Made by a program: the position numbers and the translations under genes. Under the pieces are notes generated by a model. That model made no database searches. It was not told the DNA's origin and was given only the letters and a program-made list of their open reading frames with translations. This document shows, in pieces, positions 40,700-51,128 of a stretch of DNA of 64,000 nt; position 1 is the stretch's first letter, and each line of letters opens with the position of its first letter. The DNA is from a plasmid. The DNA lies in the sequence record NZ_CP049149.1; one strand, written 5' to 3'.

Positions 40700-41900
40700 C
40701 CATTGTGGATGGTGATCAGGGCGAGAGCGTGAACAAATTGTTAAATTGACTTCAATTCAGCCAGCCCTGCGTCCAGTACCTTTTCCAGATATGGGCTGCT
40801 CATGCCCGCAAATTGCTGCTTCTTCCGTAAGCTTGCCTTACGGCTGGTTTCGGCTCGCAGCATGTTTTGCGCCATGTGTCGTGCACAGGCCAATATTTGA
40901 GGGGCATCACCTCGATATATCTGGCAGGCATCCTCATTCATCACGACATCCAGTACCCAATGCAGTTGGTTTTCGATGCCCCAATGACTGCGCACCCCGT
41001 TGGCAAATTGCTCTTCGGTTAGTTCAGCCGAGCTGATGTAGTAACGGTACTCTAGCGATTCATGCCCCTTGCTGTCGCACCGATAACCGATGGCAACCCC
41101 CAAGCTGGATAAACCTTTCCAGGCCGGGAACTGCTCGGCTATCGCCCCAACTGGCATGACATGGTACTCACGGATCTCTATTCGCCCCCGTGAGCGCTCT
41201 ATCTTGGCCTGATGGCTACCTTCTCGGGCCTGCAGCGCCATGGCCTCACGTACTGCGCGATATAGGGTTTCTTGGTTGCCTTTGACTGCCAGTAGATAGT
41301 CGCCTCCCTTATCGACTATCTTGGCAGCAATCTCGGTTTGGCAACCCATAGCATCAATGGACACCAAACAACCACGGACATCCAGCAACACCAGTAATTC
41401 CGGAATAGCAGTGATTTCATTGGACTTAGTGTCTGTCTTGACCTGTCCCAGCACCACGCCATTGGCGCTGGCAAACGCGCTGACCATGTGGATGGTGGAT
41501 TGCCGATCCTCACGGTTATATGAACTACGTAGAACCTTGCCATCAATAGCAATCAATTCACCACTGACGCGTTTGTGGACGACTTTCATCCATTTGAGGA
41601 AACAAGCCTGAAATTCGTCTGGCGCCAGCCGGGATATCACTCTGGCAATGGTGTCGTGCACAGGAAGTCCGTTGGGAAACAAGCCTTTATCCTGGAGCCA
41701 GCGGCAATGGGCCTGACCGAAGTCTTCAATATCTTCCCAGCCTTCACATCCACCAATGACGGCGCATACCGTCAGGAACACGATGTCGAACAAGGGGTAA
41801 GCAATTTTTGCCGACTGACGCGGGTCCTGAAGATCAGCAAAAATTTCAGCAAAGGCATCCAGTTGCATTGATGTACTCCCAGAAAAGGAAGTATCAGATC
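40700..41900 (-). mobile_element. ISAs1-family insertion sequence (H-repeat-associated transposase type). Boundaries approximate.
   Basis: The transposase ORF 40741..41868 aligns closely with E. coli H-repeat/ISAs1 transposases (CAVIGGCEGWEDIEDFGQAHCRWLQ..., IPVHDTIARVISRLAP, SNEITAIPELL, DAMGCQ, GGDYLLAVKGNQ). Confidence 0.75.
40741..41868 (-). CDS. ISAs1-family DDE transposase (375 aa)
   Basis: See the mobile element entry. Confidence 0.8.
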   Translation of the reverse strand: MQLDAFAEIFADLQDPRQSAKIAYPLFDIVFLTVCAVIGGCEGWEDIEDFGQAHCRWLQDKGLFPNGLPVHDTIARVISRLAPDEFQACFLKWMKVVHKRVSGELIAIDGKVLRSSYNREDRQSTIHMVSAFASANGVVLGQVKTDTKSNEITAIPELLVLLDVRGCLVSIDAMGCQTEIAAKIVDKGGDYLLAVKGNQETLYRAVREAMALQAREGSHQAKIERSRGRIEIREYHVMPVGAIAEQFPAWKGLSSLGVAIGYRCDSKGHESLEYRYYISSAELTEEQFANGVRSHWGIENQLHWVLDVVMNEDACQIYRGDAPQILACARHMAQNMLRAETSRKASLRKKQQFAGMSSPYLEKVLDAGLAELKSI

Positions 41901-42061
41901 ACAACTGATCCCCAGGTCAAAATGTACTGTGCTCGGTTAAAAAACGTTCATGATCTTGCCCTGCCCTGCTCTCCCTTAAACACAAACTTTCTTGTCATTA
42001 CGTATAATGTGATAATAAGACATATAAGAAAACATTTTGTTTAAACTAATAAGTAAATGAC

Positions 42062-42631
42062 ATGTGTCTGAATTGCAAAGATAAATACGCAGAGATGAAT
42101 GCAAAATTTGAAGAAATGGAAGTCGTGGATCTGGTAAAAATGCTTGGTATAGTGCGCGGCACAGAGCAGTCTTCAGTGCCTGAAAGACTGATTACTGTCG
42201 TTAAATTCGCTTCAATTTTTGATGACCCAATGGAAATCATTGGCCTGGCGCACCAACTAGGTGTTCACTATCTGGCAGAGAAAGATCGCGCCGATAAAAT
42301 GCAATCCACACTGAATATGGTCAGCGAGCAGAAATGCGCACCGAGCGCCAGCAAAACTGACGAAACTGTCGCCAGTAAAGACCGCGAAATTGCCGGTCTG
42401 AAATCTTCGATGGCCATACTTATTTCTGCCTTTAAGTTGATGACCACCCAGACAGGTTTCAAAATGCCTGAGATGAACAATGAAGATCCGATGGCTGTGC
42501 GTGAACTGTTGGGCGCGCTGGCCGACCAGCTGGACACCAAGAAAAGCCGCCTGGAAGACATGATGCGCGAGCTAACCCACCGACACGATCTGACTAAACA
42601 GCCGCACAAAGCGCAGCACGCGAATCACTAA
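42062..42631 (+). CDS. hypothetical protein, paralog A2 of 33424..34002
   Basis: See paralog A1. Same promoter element and terminator architecture. Confidence 0.55.
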   Translation: MCLNCKDKYAEMNAKFEEMEVVDLVKMLGIVRGTEQSSVPERLITVVKFASIFDDPMEIIGLAHQLGVHYLAEKDRADKMQSTLNMVSEQKCAPSASKTDETVASKDREIAGLKSSMAILISAFKLMTTQTGFKMPEMNNEDPMAVRELLGALADQLDTKKSRLEDMMRELTHRHDLTKQPHKAQHANH

Positions 42632-42750
42632 TCGCTTGACTCAATGACGGGGGCGAAGCCCCCTTTTCATGCCTGTAAATCCTCCTACTATGCCTTTTGA
42701 GCTCTGAAAAATAACACCAATAAGAAAACAAATTGTTTAATGCTTTTATT

Positions 42751-42840
42751 ATGAATACAGCCCTTTCTATTGTTGATGACATTAGTCTGAACACTGAAAT
42801 CGACTATCGGCAGGAGATGGGTGTTATGGAGCCAGTCTAG
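42751..42840 (+). pseudogene. truncated copy (29 codons) of small paralog B
   Basis: MNTALSIVDDISLNTEIDYRQEMGVMEPV then stop, against the 71-aa 34131 ORF. Confidence 0.4.
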
Positions 42841-43005
42841 ACGACGATACCATTCTGCTATTCTTCAAACACGGAAACATCCACTTTCTGGTTGGCTCTC
42901 AAGCTACTAGGTTATTCATGTCCGTAGGTGGAAATAAGTGTGCCAACAGATGTTATGGTAAATAAGAGTGATGTGAAGCTATGAATCATGGGGAGAAATA
43001 CACGG

Positions 43006-43491
43006 ATGGAAGTCGAGATATGTGGTGTTGCAAATGTGCCGGAACTAGCCCATCTTTTTGTTGAAATGGAGGATTATTACTTCGGTCGCGGCGTTGTCAG
43101 CTATGAGGATATGAGCGCTTATCTTGCTGACAAAGTATTCTCTACTTATTCAGGCGTTACGGTTGTTGGTGCTCGTAAAAAAGGAGAGCTTGTTGGATTT
43201 GCCACTTTTTCGCTGATGTTCCCCGCGCCGCTTTGTTCCGGTCAGGCATTTATGAAGGAGATCTTTATATCAGAAGCGGTACGAGGCCAAGGTGTCGGTA
43301 AATCGCTAATTAGGTTTATCGCAAACTTTGCCCTCAAACACGGTTGTTCACGCCTTGACTGGACTGCGGAGAAGTCCAATCCGAAAGCCGGAGAGTTTTA
43401 CTTGTCCATTGGTGCCACTCTAATTGAAGAAAAACAGTACTTTAGGCTGGAGGGGAAGGATCTCGAGACGTTTTCTTCACTCGCTGAGTGA
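43006..43491 (+). CDS. GNAT-family N-acetyltransferase
   Basis: Motif A RGQGVGKSLIRF. Size about 161 aa. Confidence 0.6.
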   Translation: MEVEICGVANVPELAHLFVEMEDYYFGRGVVSYEDMSAYLADKVFSTYSGVTVVGARKKGELVGFATFSLMFPAPLCSGQAFMKEIFISEAVRGQGVGKSLIRFIANFALKHGCSRLDWTAEKSNPKAGEFYLSIGATLIEEKQYFRLEGKDLETFSSLAE

Positions 43492-43582
43492 GTATCAGAA
43501 TAGGGCGCACTTTTGATGTTATGATTATTTCTCGTCAATTTGTTAATAGTTAACGTAAAGATACGGAGAGTGGAATAAACAA

Positions 43583-43987
43583 ATGACAATTTTAGTGACG
43601 ATACAGAGCCAACTTGTTGTTGGTGAGGCGCAGGTGATAAAGAGCTTGGCTCCTGAAGGGATGTTGGCAGCCGTTTTCGAGGACGATGGTGAAACCGGGT
43701 ATTTCTACGCTCTTGATGAGTCTGTCGACGGCAACGCCATTCAAGACGCAGTACATATTTACAACGTAGAAGATATTGCGGATGGAGATATCCCTTCTGA
43801 CGTTAAAATCGGCTGGTCTCAAGATAGTCAGAAGTGCGTGCTTCTGATCAACGGTTATCCCTACGGGGTGTTCGATTTCGTGGGCAAAAACGGGTATTGC
43901 AGAAGTGGCTTTCCTCCACCGATTAATGATACATGGTCGGCATCCGGTCATGAGTGGAGCGACGCAGTGGATGATTTTTTTCGATGA
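43583..43987 (+). CDS. hypothetical protein (134 aa)
   Basis: ORF with an RBS. Confidence 0.4.
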   Translation: MTILVTIQSQLVVGEAQVIKSLAPEGMLAAVFEDDGETGYFYALDESVDGNAIQDAVHIYNVEDIADGDIPSDVKIGWSQDSQKCVLLINGYPYGVFDFVGKNGYCRSGFPPPINDTWSASGHEWSDAVDDFFR

Positions 43988-44277
43988 ATCCAAGCAAGCC
44001 TAGCATCTGCCGTTATGCTTCTAATATTAAGCACTTATATGGGAGGTCGCTTCTTGCATCGATATATCTATACTGTTTGCGACATTTCGGTTGAGTGTTT
44101 GATAAGGTTCCATTGATAATAAAACCCAAATGGTAAAGACCGTTCGTAAAGTAAGGCCAATCTTGTGGCCTTAAACAAATTGTTTTCACCCACTAGTTAT
44201 TATCCCATCATTTAAAATTGCCCTTTTCTGAACGCACGGATACTGTTTGTATATACAGTATTCAGGGTGGAAAAAAG

Positions 44278-44544
44278 ATGGGCGGCAAAGACAGCAACTA
44301 CCAGATCGTTTATCGCGGCGAGACGCTTCAGTGCCTCAAGCCTGGGCAATATGTCTTCTTTCAGCGGCTGAAAGAGTATGGCGGAGGATTCTGGTTGGGA
44401 AAAACCTACGAAGATGGCTTTGAGTTTGTGCTGGAGTGGCCAACCTCTCTGAGTGAGGGGCTGCTGTATCTGATGTCACTTGAGCGCATGGAGGCGAACT
44501 ATCTTGAGTTTGTTAATGACATCGATGATTTTAAGCTGACCTGA
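44278..44544 (+). CDS. hypothetical protein (about 88 aa)
   Basis: Start taken at the ATG after ggtggaaaaaag. Confidence 0.35.
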   Translation: MGGKDSNYQIVYRGETLQCLKPGQYVFFQRLKEYGGGFWLGKTYEDGFEFVLEWPTSLSEGLLYLMSLERMEANYLEFVNDIDDFKLT

Positions 44545-44611
44545 CAACCTCAGGCATCTTTTTAATGCCGTATGTGATTTGAGATAATAACACACACAAG
44601 AAAACAATTTG

Positions 44612-44863
44612 TTTAAGGAGGTTCCCCTGTTCGGAACCACGGGCGAAATCATTGAGAAGCTGGAGAACTATCCGGAAAACAATTTTCTTCTGATGGTCAT
44701 GTGGCACAAGTAAGGCGTAAGCTAGGTTCGACCGGATCTGACAGACGAGCAGTGCGTACAGGTGATGCGTAAAATCAAGGACTTCCATGATGGGAATGTG
44801 GGCGTGAATTGGGATGTTATCGCTAACACGGCCGATATCCTGTTTCTGAAGGAGAAGGCGTGA
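44612..44863 (+). pseudogene. ORF interrupted by in-frame TAA and TAG codons four codons apart
   Basis: The frame reads ...NNFLLMVMWHK stop GVS stop VRPDLTDEQCVQVMRKIKDFHDG...FLKEKA. Follows a promoter element and AAGGAGG but has no ATG. Confidence 0.35.
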
Positions 44864-45180
44864 TGCTGACATTCAACGAATCCTATAAGACGGCTGTGAT
44901 CGGCACCGCCCATGTCACGGGCAAAGACTTTTAGCTGCTGCCTGTCGTGTGCTTTGACCCATTGACCGATCGCGGACTGAATTGGGTACACGGCACACAG
45001 TACGGCTGGATTGTTCGTGCGGGAATTCGAGGGAATGACTGGAGGGAAGAATTGCATGAGTACGGCATTTCGAAAGAGACGATCTCAAACACACAGACCA
45101 TACTAGATGCCGGATATGACGCGGTACATTTTGACAGTGATGTGGAGCTGGTGGATGGGATACCGGCATGGGATTGGTAA
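44864..45180 (+). pseudogene. ORF with an in-frame TAG at codon 24 (MLTFNESYKTAVIGTAHVTGKDF stop LLPVVCFDPLTDRG...)
   Basis: Read directly. ATG overlaps the upstream stop. 23 codons, amber, then 81 codons in the same frame. Confidence 0.35.
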
Positions 45181-45193
45181 GGGAGAGAAAAAG

Positions 45194-45388
45194 ATGACGG
45201 CAGAAGACGTGATTAATGATGTGCTGGTGGAGCTGGGTAAGCTACCTGATCATCTCCTCATAGCCACCGTATTTGACAACATACCTGCTGAGTTAAAGGC
45301 CCTGGCCAATGAGTGGGGATGGATGGATACGGAAGTTAGAGAGCAGCTATATGCGATAGCCTGGCGGATTGTTAACGCGCAACAATAG
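45194..45388 (+). CDS. hypothetical protein (64 aa)
   Basis: ORF with an RBS (gggagagaaaaag). Confidence 0.3.
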   Translation: MTAEDVINDVLVELGKLPDHLLIATVFDNIPAELKALANEWGWMDTEVREQLYAIAWRIVNAQQ

Positions 45389-45749
45389 CCTGCAACGCGT
45401 TGACATTGGTGGTCACTAATTGAGGATTTCTATAAGAACTCGTTGATCGCCCTCTTCCCTACTCTCCAACTTCATACACTCCAGGCGCGGCAAGGCTTTT
45501 ACGCACATAACACCCACAAGAAAACAAATAAATAATACATCAATGAAAAGTCAACGCTTTACCCTGATTTGGTCCAAAAAGTTGACGTTTTGCCATGTCA
45601 CTTCTTATATCCGTTAAGCAGCGTACCAGAGACCAACACCCTGCGACGAAAACGCCAAAAACGACTCCTGATACCACCACAAAACAGACATGCTCAGAAT
45701 GGCTCTCGTTGCGTTTAATGAGCATATAAACAAATTGTTTTAGGCATTA

Positions 45750-46340
45750 AGAAAACAACAAAACAAGATAACGAAGAAAAGGAACTGCCATTACCCACAC
45801 CCAGGCAATACCCACCTCTTCCTGCCAGGCTACCGAAAAGACCAACCTCATTGCCCTAGGCTACCGACCCCATGAAGCAAACCTCGAGCACTACCAAAAA
45901 GCGACAAGAGAAAGGCAATTTCTCTGAACGCCATTCCCCCAATACACGGAAGAGATACCCGGGAAGAAACTCCAGACCAGAACAGTCCCCGGCGTCATAT
46001 CGTTTACCCACTCTTACCCCGAAAGATAACGCAAATTCCTGATTAGCAGGGAACGCCATTACTTCACATAAGGAGAACTACAACAGACCAGAAATCACAT
46101 CACCCACACTTCCACCTCTCAAGGTAAACGAAAGGAAAAGCGCACACGCCATTACTCCATACACAGAGAAGAACTATCCCCAAAACGAAGAATACAGACC
46201 AGAGGAAAACCACAAGAAAACCATCTCTACAACATCTGCAAAACCACTTACCGGCAGAGAGAAGAAAGTCGCCTTTTCTCCCATACGAATGGTCACCGTA
46301 TAGAGCGCTAATAAGAGAGATACGAGTCCCCATAAGAGAG
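45750..46340. repeat. ORF-free C+A-rich segment with degenerate ~100-150 bp tandem repeats (GCCATTMCYYC...AGACCAGAA units)
   Basis: Units starting near 45777, 45931, 46053 and 46149. No ORF of 60 aa or more on the + strand across 45390-46910. Confidence 0.5.
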
Positions 46341-46913
46341 GTTATTCGAGTCAGGAAAGAGCACAGATATAAGAGAGAGGGGATGGCGGGGGATCGCTCC
46401 CTTTCCCGTATTTATTCAAGTCATGATTTTATCCCCCGTAACATCCCTGCGGTCGAACGAGTGAAAGGGCTACCGCGAAAATCAATCGGGAGCGTCCCCG
46501 CAGGGGAAAGGCTGGCTGCCTGAGTGGAAACGGCTGGAGGTTTTTCGGGAAACGGCTGGGTTCCCGTCATGGAAAGGGGGCGTGTCGGTATAGAGACAAA
46601 ATGCCGCGGGGACGGCTGATTCTCTGGCGGTACACCGTTTGGTGCGCGGGTGGCTTTCTTCCCGCTGCGCGCAGCTGCTGATACGTATTCTGCCAGAGCG
46701 TTCGAGGGTCACAAGCTGTTTCAGTAGGTTTTAGGGAAGAGGAAAATACTGCTCACCAGCCCTGCGGTGCGCGTTGAGAAGAATAATGTAAAAAGCGCTC
46801 CCGATACGCTCCCGGATACTCACTACTTTTCCAGTTCTCCCCGATACAAAATGCTTTTTAGCCTATGTCTTATTGCGATAATAACACCAACGAGAAAACA
46901 ACGTGTTTAGACA

Positions 46914-47144
46914 ATGGAGAAAAACATGTACAAGCATTTGAACATCAGCATCACCCTTTGCGGAGAAGAGACATGTACTGACGAACTCCAGATCTCTCTG
47001 GATGACGTTATCCGCTCTGCGGATGTCGCTGGGCGCATTGGTACGTTGATTGGCGAAGGGTATCGCGAGGGCACGTTTGATTTTCATATCGAGGACAACG
47101 CAATGTCCGTCGCGTGGAACTGCACAACGTCAGAGTCCAGATAA
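46914..47144 (+). CDS. hypothetical protein (76 aa)
   Basis: Preceded by a perfect promoter-element copy. Confidence 0.4.
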   Translation: MEKNMYKHLNISITLCGEETCTDELQISLDDVIRSADVAGRIGTLIGEGYREGTFDFHIEDNAMSVAWNCTTSESR

Positions 47145-47156
47145 AGGAGGAAGACA

Positions 47157-47369
47157 ATGAATATGCCTGTGATTGTGGAAGTATGGAGCGTGGACTCGCT
47201 GGCCGAATGTCTTGATGGCGTAGGGCCAGCACTGACCCGTAAATTATGGTCGTTTGTACCAGCTAAGGGAGAGTCACCCAAAGGGAAGGATGTTTGGCAC
47301 CTGCTGACTGATGAAGAGAAGCGGGAGCTGGTGGCCGCAGTGAAAGAGGAGTTCCCTGACGAAGATTAA
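47157..47369 (+). CDS. hypothetical protein (70 aa)
   Basis: RBS aggaggaag. A terminator follows. Confidence 0.4.
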   Translation: MNMPVIVEVWSVDSLAECLDGVGPALTRKLWSFVPAKGESPKGKDVWHLLTDEEKRELVAAVKEEFPDED

Positions 47370-47505
47370 CAACGGCCACCAGCAGGTGGCTTTTGAGTGA
47401 TTGTGGCCTGCGGCCAGCTGAATGCCGGAACGCTTCGCTTGGTGGCCGTTTTCACACTGGTATTATTTACACCAACAAGAAAACAAATTGTTTACGGAGT
47501 GTGCA

Positions 47506-47817
47506 ATGAATACCGAGATGATTTTGAAACTGGATAAGCTCCAGCCTCGCAAAGACAAACCTGCAGTACTCGGTTCGATCACTTTACTGGACATAGTGGC
47601 CAACGGCACAGCCATCCGACTTTTCAAAGAGACCGTTGTCGTCTTCGGCGAAACTTCTCGCAAGCGCATTGTAATGAACGTCCGGCGCTATAGTGCGAAA
47701 GGGTGGGTAGCTAAACAAGTTATCTGGCCTGAGTCAGATCTGGAGTTGGCTTTACTGGAAGTTAACAAGGTCGCCCAGCAGGAAATTCAACGCGCAACAA
47801 CCCTCGCCATAGCATAG
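47506..47817 (+). CDS. hypothetical protein (103 aa)
   Basis: Promoter element and RBS upstream. Terminator downstream. Confidence 0.4.
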   Translation: MNTEMILKLDKLQPRKDKPAVLGSITLLDIVANGTAIRLFKETVVVFGETSRKRIVMNVRRYSAKGWVAKQVIWPESDLELALLEVNKVAQQEIQRATTLAIA

Positions 47818-47936
47818 TCATGTGCAACACAGATTAGTCGAATTTACGACAGCCCCGTCGATCCTTCGGGGCTTTTTTGTATTGTAAGTACTTACCTATG
47901 GCGATAGTATTACGACGCATTTACATGGAGGTAAAA

Positions 47937-48344
47937 ATGAGTTTGACCAAAGAAGATTTAGTATTTGACCTTTACTACGCATCCAGCACTGACGAAGAAG
48001 GCAATAAACTGGCCCAGCTGACCGTTCAGTTCCGTGATGCATCGGCTGTTCCGCATGTGACTACCCAGCTGGCCCGCACAACTCTTAAGCGTGATCGCTC
48101 GAAGGTTTATGCCGTCGGCGAGCAATCCGTGAAAAATGGTTCGGACACTCTGCTGGCCGCCATTGAAGCCTATTATCGAACAGACCCGAAGACCATTTTC
48201 GAAAACCTGATGGCACAGGTTCAGGATATGATCGAGGGCAACCTGGGCGCCAACAATACCTGGGTTGGTTCATACGGCATAACCATTGTGTCTGGCGGCT
48301 CTCTGGAAGAGTATCTGCCTGAGTCCGTCTACAACGTCCAGTAA
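47937..48344 (+). CDS. hypothetical protein (135 aa)
   Basis: RBS ggaggtaaaa. Terminator downstream. Confidence 0.4.
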   Translation: MSLTKEDLVFDLYYASSTDEEGNKLAQLTVQFRDASAVPHVTTQLARTTLKRDRSKVYAVGEQSVKNGSDTLLAAIEAYYRTDPKTIFENLMAQVQDMIEGNLGANNTWVGSYGITIVSGGSLEEYLPESVYNVQ

Positions 48345-48472
48345 ACCAGCCAATGGCGCGTAACCCGCGCCATTTTTCCCCAACCCGTAAACAAGTTGTT
48401 TTATACCTTTTCTGAGTTGCGATAATAACACCAATAAGAAAACAAGTTATTAACGAAGTGGAGGAAATGTTC

Positions 48473-48847
48473 ATGGGACTTGATATCTATATTGAGACGC
48501 AGCCAAAAAACGATCTGAATAACGAGGCATCCAGAAAGCAAGTTGGCTACTTCCGTAAGTTCAATGCTCTCGTTGGGTGGATGAACCGTAACGTAGGTGA
48601 AGTTGTAAATTGTGAACTTTTAGAAGTTACGATGAATGATATTTGTGCTCTCAAGGCTGATTTGATTCGTCTAAACGAAAGCAATTGTGAAGAGTATCTG
48701 CCTACCCAGGAAGGGTTTTTCTTCGGTAGTCAGGAGTACGATGAAGGGTACTGGAATGACGTGGAAGAGCTGAAAGAGCTTGTGGATGAGCTGATTAAAA
48801 ATCACGACTTCTACAATAACAGACTGACATTTTGCGCCTGGTGGTAA
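48473..48847 (+). CDS. hypothetical protein (about 124 aa)
   Basis: Promoter element and RBS upstream. Confidence 0.4.
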   Translation: MGLDIYIETQPKNDLNNEASRKQVGYFRKFNALVGWMNRNVGEVVNCELLEVTMNDICALKADLIRLNESNCEEYLPTQEGFFFGSQEYDEGYWNDVEELKELVDELIKNHDFYNNRLTFCAWW

Positions 48848-48849
48848 AT

Positions 48850-49131
48850 ATGACTGATTTCACCATCTCCCCGAAAGCAGAAAACGTATGGCTGGAATCC
48901 TGGCTTGACCTGTCGCCGGCCGAGCAAAAAGAAATGGATTACGTCGAACCGGACGAACAAACCAGCTCCCGCTTCTTCCATTATCAGGATAGCGTTTATG
49001 ACATTGCCGATTTCATGCGCGATGACCGCTTCCCGGAATGGCACGCCGGCTATCCACTGAATGCCTTCGCTATGCTGATGATCCGCGTGACAGATTCAGA
49101 CGACACCATCGACATCGGATTACTTCATTGA
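48850..49131 (+). CDS. hypothetical protein (93 aa)
   Basis: Coupled to the preceding ORF. Confidence 0.4.
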   Translation: MTDFTISPKAENVWLESWLDLSPAEQKEMDYVEPDEQTSSRFFHYQDSVYDIADFMRDDRFPEWHAGYPLNAFAMLMIRVTDSDDTIDIGLLH

Positions 49132-49335
49132 GAGAGGAGAGTCACCGATGCTGGTGGCTCTTAATTACCACCTACTTTCCCCAGGCTAAAAACACCCACC
49201 TCTTACCGCCAGGCTACCGAACCACCCACCGACTTCCCGACGGCCACCAGCTGCCGAAACAGAACGCTTGGACGCCTCACACCCACTGCGATAATTAAAC
49301 CAACGAGAAAACAAGTTGTTTAAAGGATTATCACA

Positions 49336-49818
49336 ATGAACTATATCGCCACTGTAAACACTCCCGCGCATGGCACCATCTCTGTCACATACTCCGACAT
49401 TGAAAAGAACATCCTGGGCGCCTGGCGCGAAGAAGAGACCATCCAGCTGTCCGGGAAAGAGAAGCAGCAGATCGCCAAAGACATCATTTGCAACCGTCGA
49501 TTCACGCGGGTATTTGAGAAAGCGTATGTGGTAAATTCTGGGTTTGGAACATTTGTCTTCCCGGTGCGCTCCGGGAGATTCTGTCAGTCCAAGCTGACTG
49601 AGTTTGCCTCGCAGATCGCTATCTGGATTAAGACTCAATCGTCGTTCGATTTTAGCGATGATGAAGCAATAGCGCAGGGTATGCGGATCGCCAACAATGC
49701 AATTAAATACAAAAACATCACGTATGCCGCTGGCGTTGACTCATGGAAACTGTTTTGCGCTAACTTTATGCTGAATGTATTCGCCAGCAATCGGATTCAC
49801 ATACTGGCTGGCAAGTAA
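49336..49818 (+). CDS. hypothetical protein (160 aa)
   Basis: Promoter element upstream. Confidence 0.4.
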   Translation: MNYIATVNTPAHGTISVTYSDIEKNILGAWREEETIQLSGKEKQQIAKDIICNRRFTRVFEKAYVVNSGFGTFVFPVRSGRFCQSKLTEFASQIAIWIKTQSSFDFSDDEAIAQGMRIANNAIKYKNITYAAGVDSWKLFCANFMLNVFASNRIHILAGK

Positions 49819-50477
49819 GAGGGGAGGGGGCTGGAAATGCCCCTTTCTTTCCGTCCACCAGCTCCCGCAGGGAAGATTTTCAGAAACGGCCAGAAGTCCA
49901 TCAGGACAACCGAAGGAAACGGCCAGGGAATTTTAGGGAAACGGCTGGGGTCGCCTTCAGGTAGAAACAGAGCGGGAGATGCCCAGAATCGTATCAGCCA
50001 TCACGCGGAAAGAATCAGCGGAAGCTGGTGGGCGCTTTAACCCCTGAGCCATACAGACAGCTTTCGCTACGTGATTATGTGCATCAGTGGGTAAGCCACC
50101 GCCAGCGCGCAGACGTCGCGCCAACGTGATAATCATATGCCAGCGCCAGCACGTCATGCCAGTATTGCCGACACGCCCCGAAAGAAAGCGCATCGCCACC
50201 AGCAGACACCAGCAGCACCCATCACCAGACAATCACATCCACAACCACACCAGAAAAGCCATGCGCTAAAACGCAACACCTCGCACTGTGAGCGCTCGTT
50301 ATTGTGGGTAATGTGTATGTATTGGGAAGGAATAAAACGCGTCACAGTGGCGCTTTTTAATGGGTTTATTTTCGTGATAGCTGGTGGAGAAAAGACAATA
50401 AAAAATGCGCCATTATGGCGCGCTTGATGTGATAAGCAGAAACAAAAAAGCGCCCATAGTGGGCGCTCCTTCGTTAG

Positions 50478-51128
50478 TTATGCTTTGAATGCTTCAGCAA
50501 GGTAGTTGTAGAAATCATTTTTGATAAAGCGATATTGCTGTGATCCGTTTTTCGCTGCGCCCATTCCTTTAATCTTCTCAACCAGTCCGAGACGTTCACA
50601 CAGGTTGATAAGCTGGTTGGCTTGCGTATAGCCAGCGTCTGGTTTCAGCTCGTTAACTTTTTTCGCTTCGTTCATCAAATCGTATACAGCACCATTTGTG
50701 AACGTGTCGATCTCATCATTAATCATTTCAATAAGAGCAAACACGCGAGAGCCAGACATATCTGCAACACTGTAAACGCATTTGCCAGACTTGATAGACT
50801 TCACCAGGTAGACAAGTTTTTCCAATGAATAGCTGTTAGCCATTGCTTCGCGGAAAAAGACTTCTGGCGCTTGTTTGCTTGCTTTAATAGCGTAGTAGAA
50901 CACACCAGCTAATTTCTCATCGTTTACAGCGTTCAGCACGTTGTTGGTGAAGTATGCAAGCTTAGTAGTAGCAGCCAACATGTTAGCTTTATCTGCTTTG
51001 GTGTGGGTGCCATTCTGATAATGATTGTTATAAGTCTGTGTAGCGTTATCAGCGTTAATCTGTAATTCGTTAGCGATAACTACAGCAGCGTCGATGATAG
51101 CTTTTTTAGAGATAGATACGTTAGACAT
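50478..51128 (-). CDS. hypothetical protein (216 aa), minus-strand accessory gene
   Basis: ORF with a downstream terminator (50444-50467) and an AT-rich upstream region. Confidence 0.45.
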   Translation of the reverse strand: MSNVSISKKAIIDAAVVIANELQINADNATQTYNNHYQNGTHTKADKANMLAATTKLAYFTNNVLNAVNDEKLAGVFYYAIKASKQAPEVFFREAMANSYSLEKLVYLVKSIKSGKCVYSVADMSGSRVFALIEMINDEIDTFTNGAVYDLMNEAKKVNELKPDAGYTQANQLINLCERLGLVEKIKGMGAAKNGSQQYRFIKNDFYNYLAEAFKA

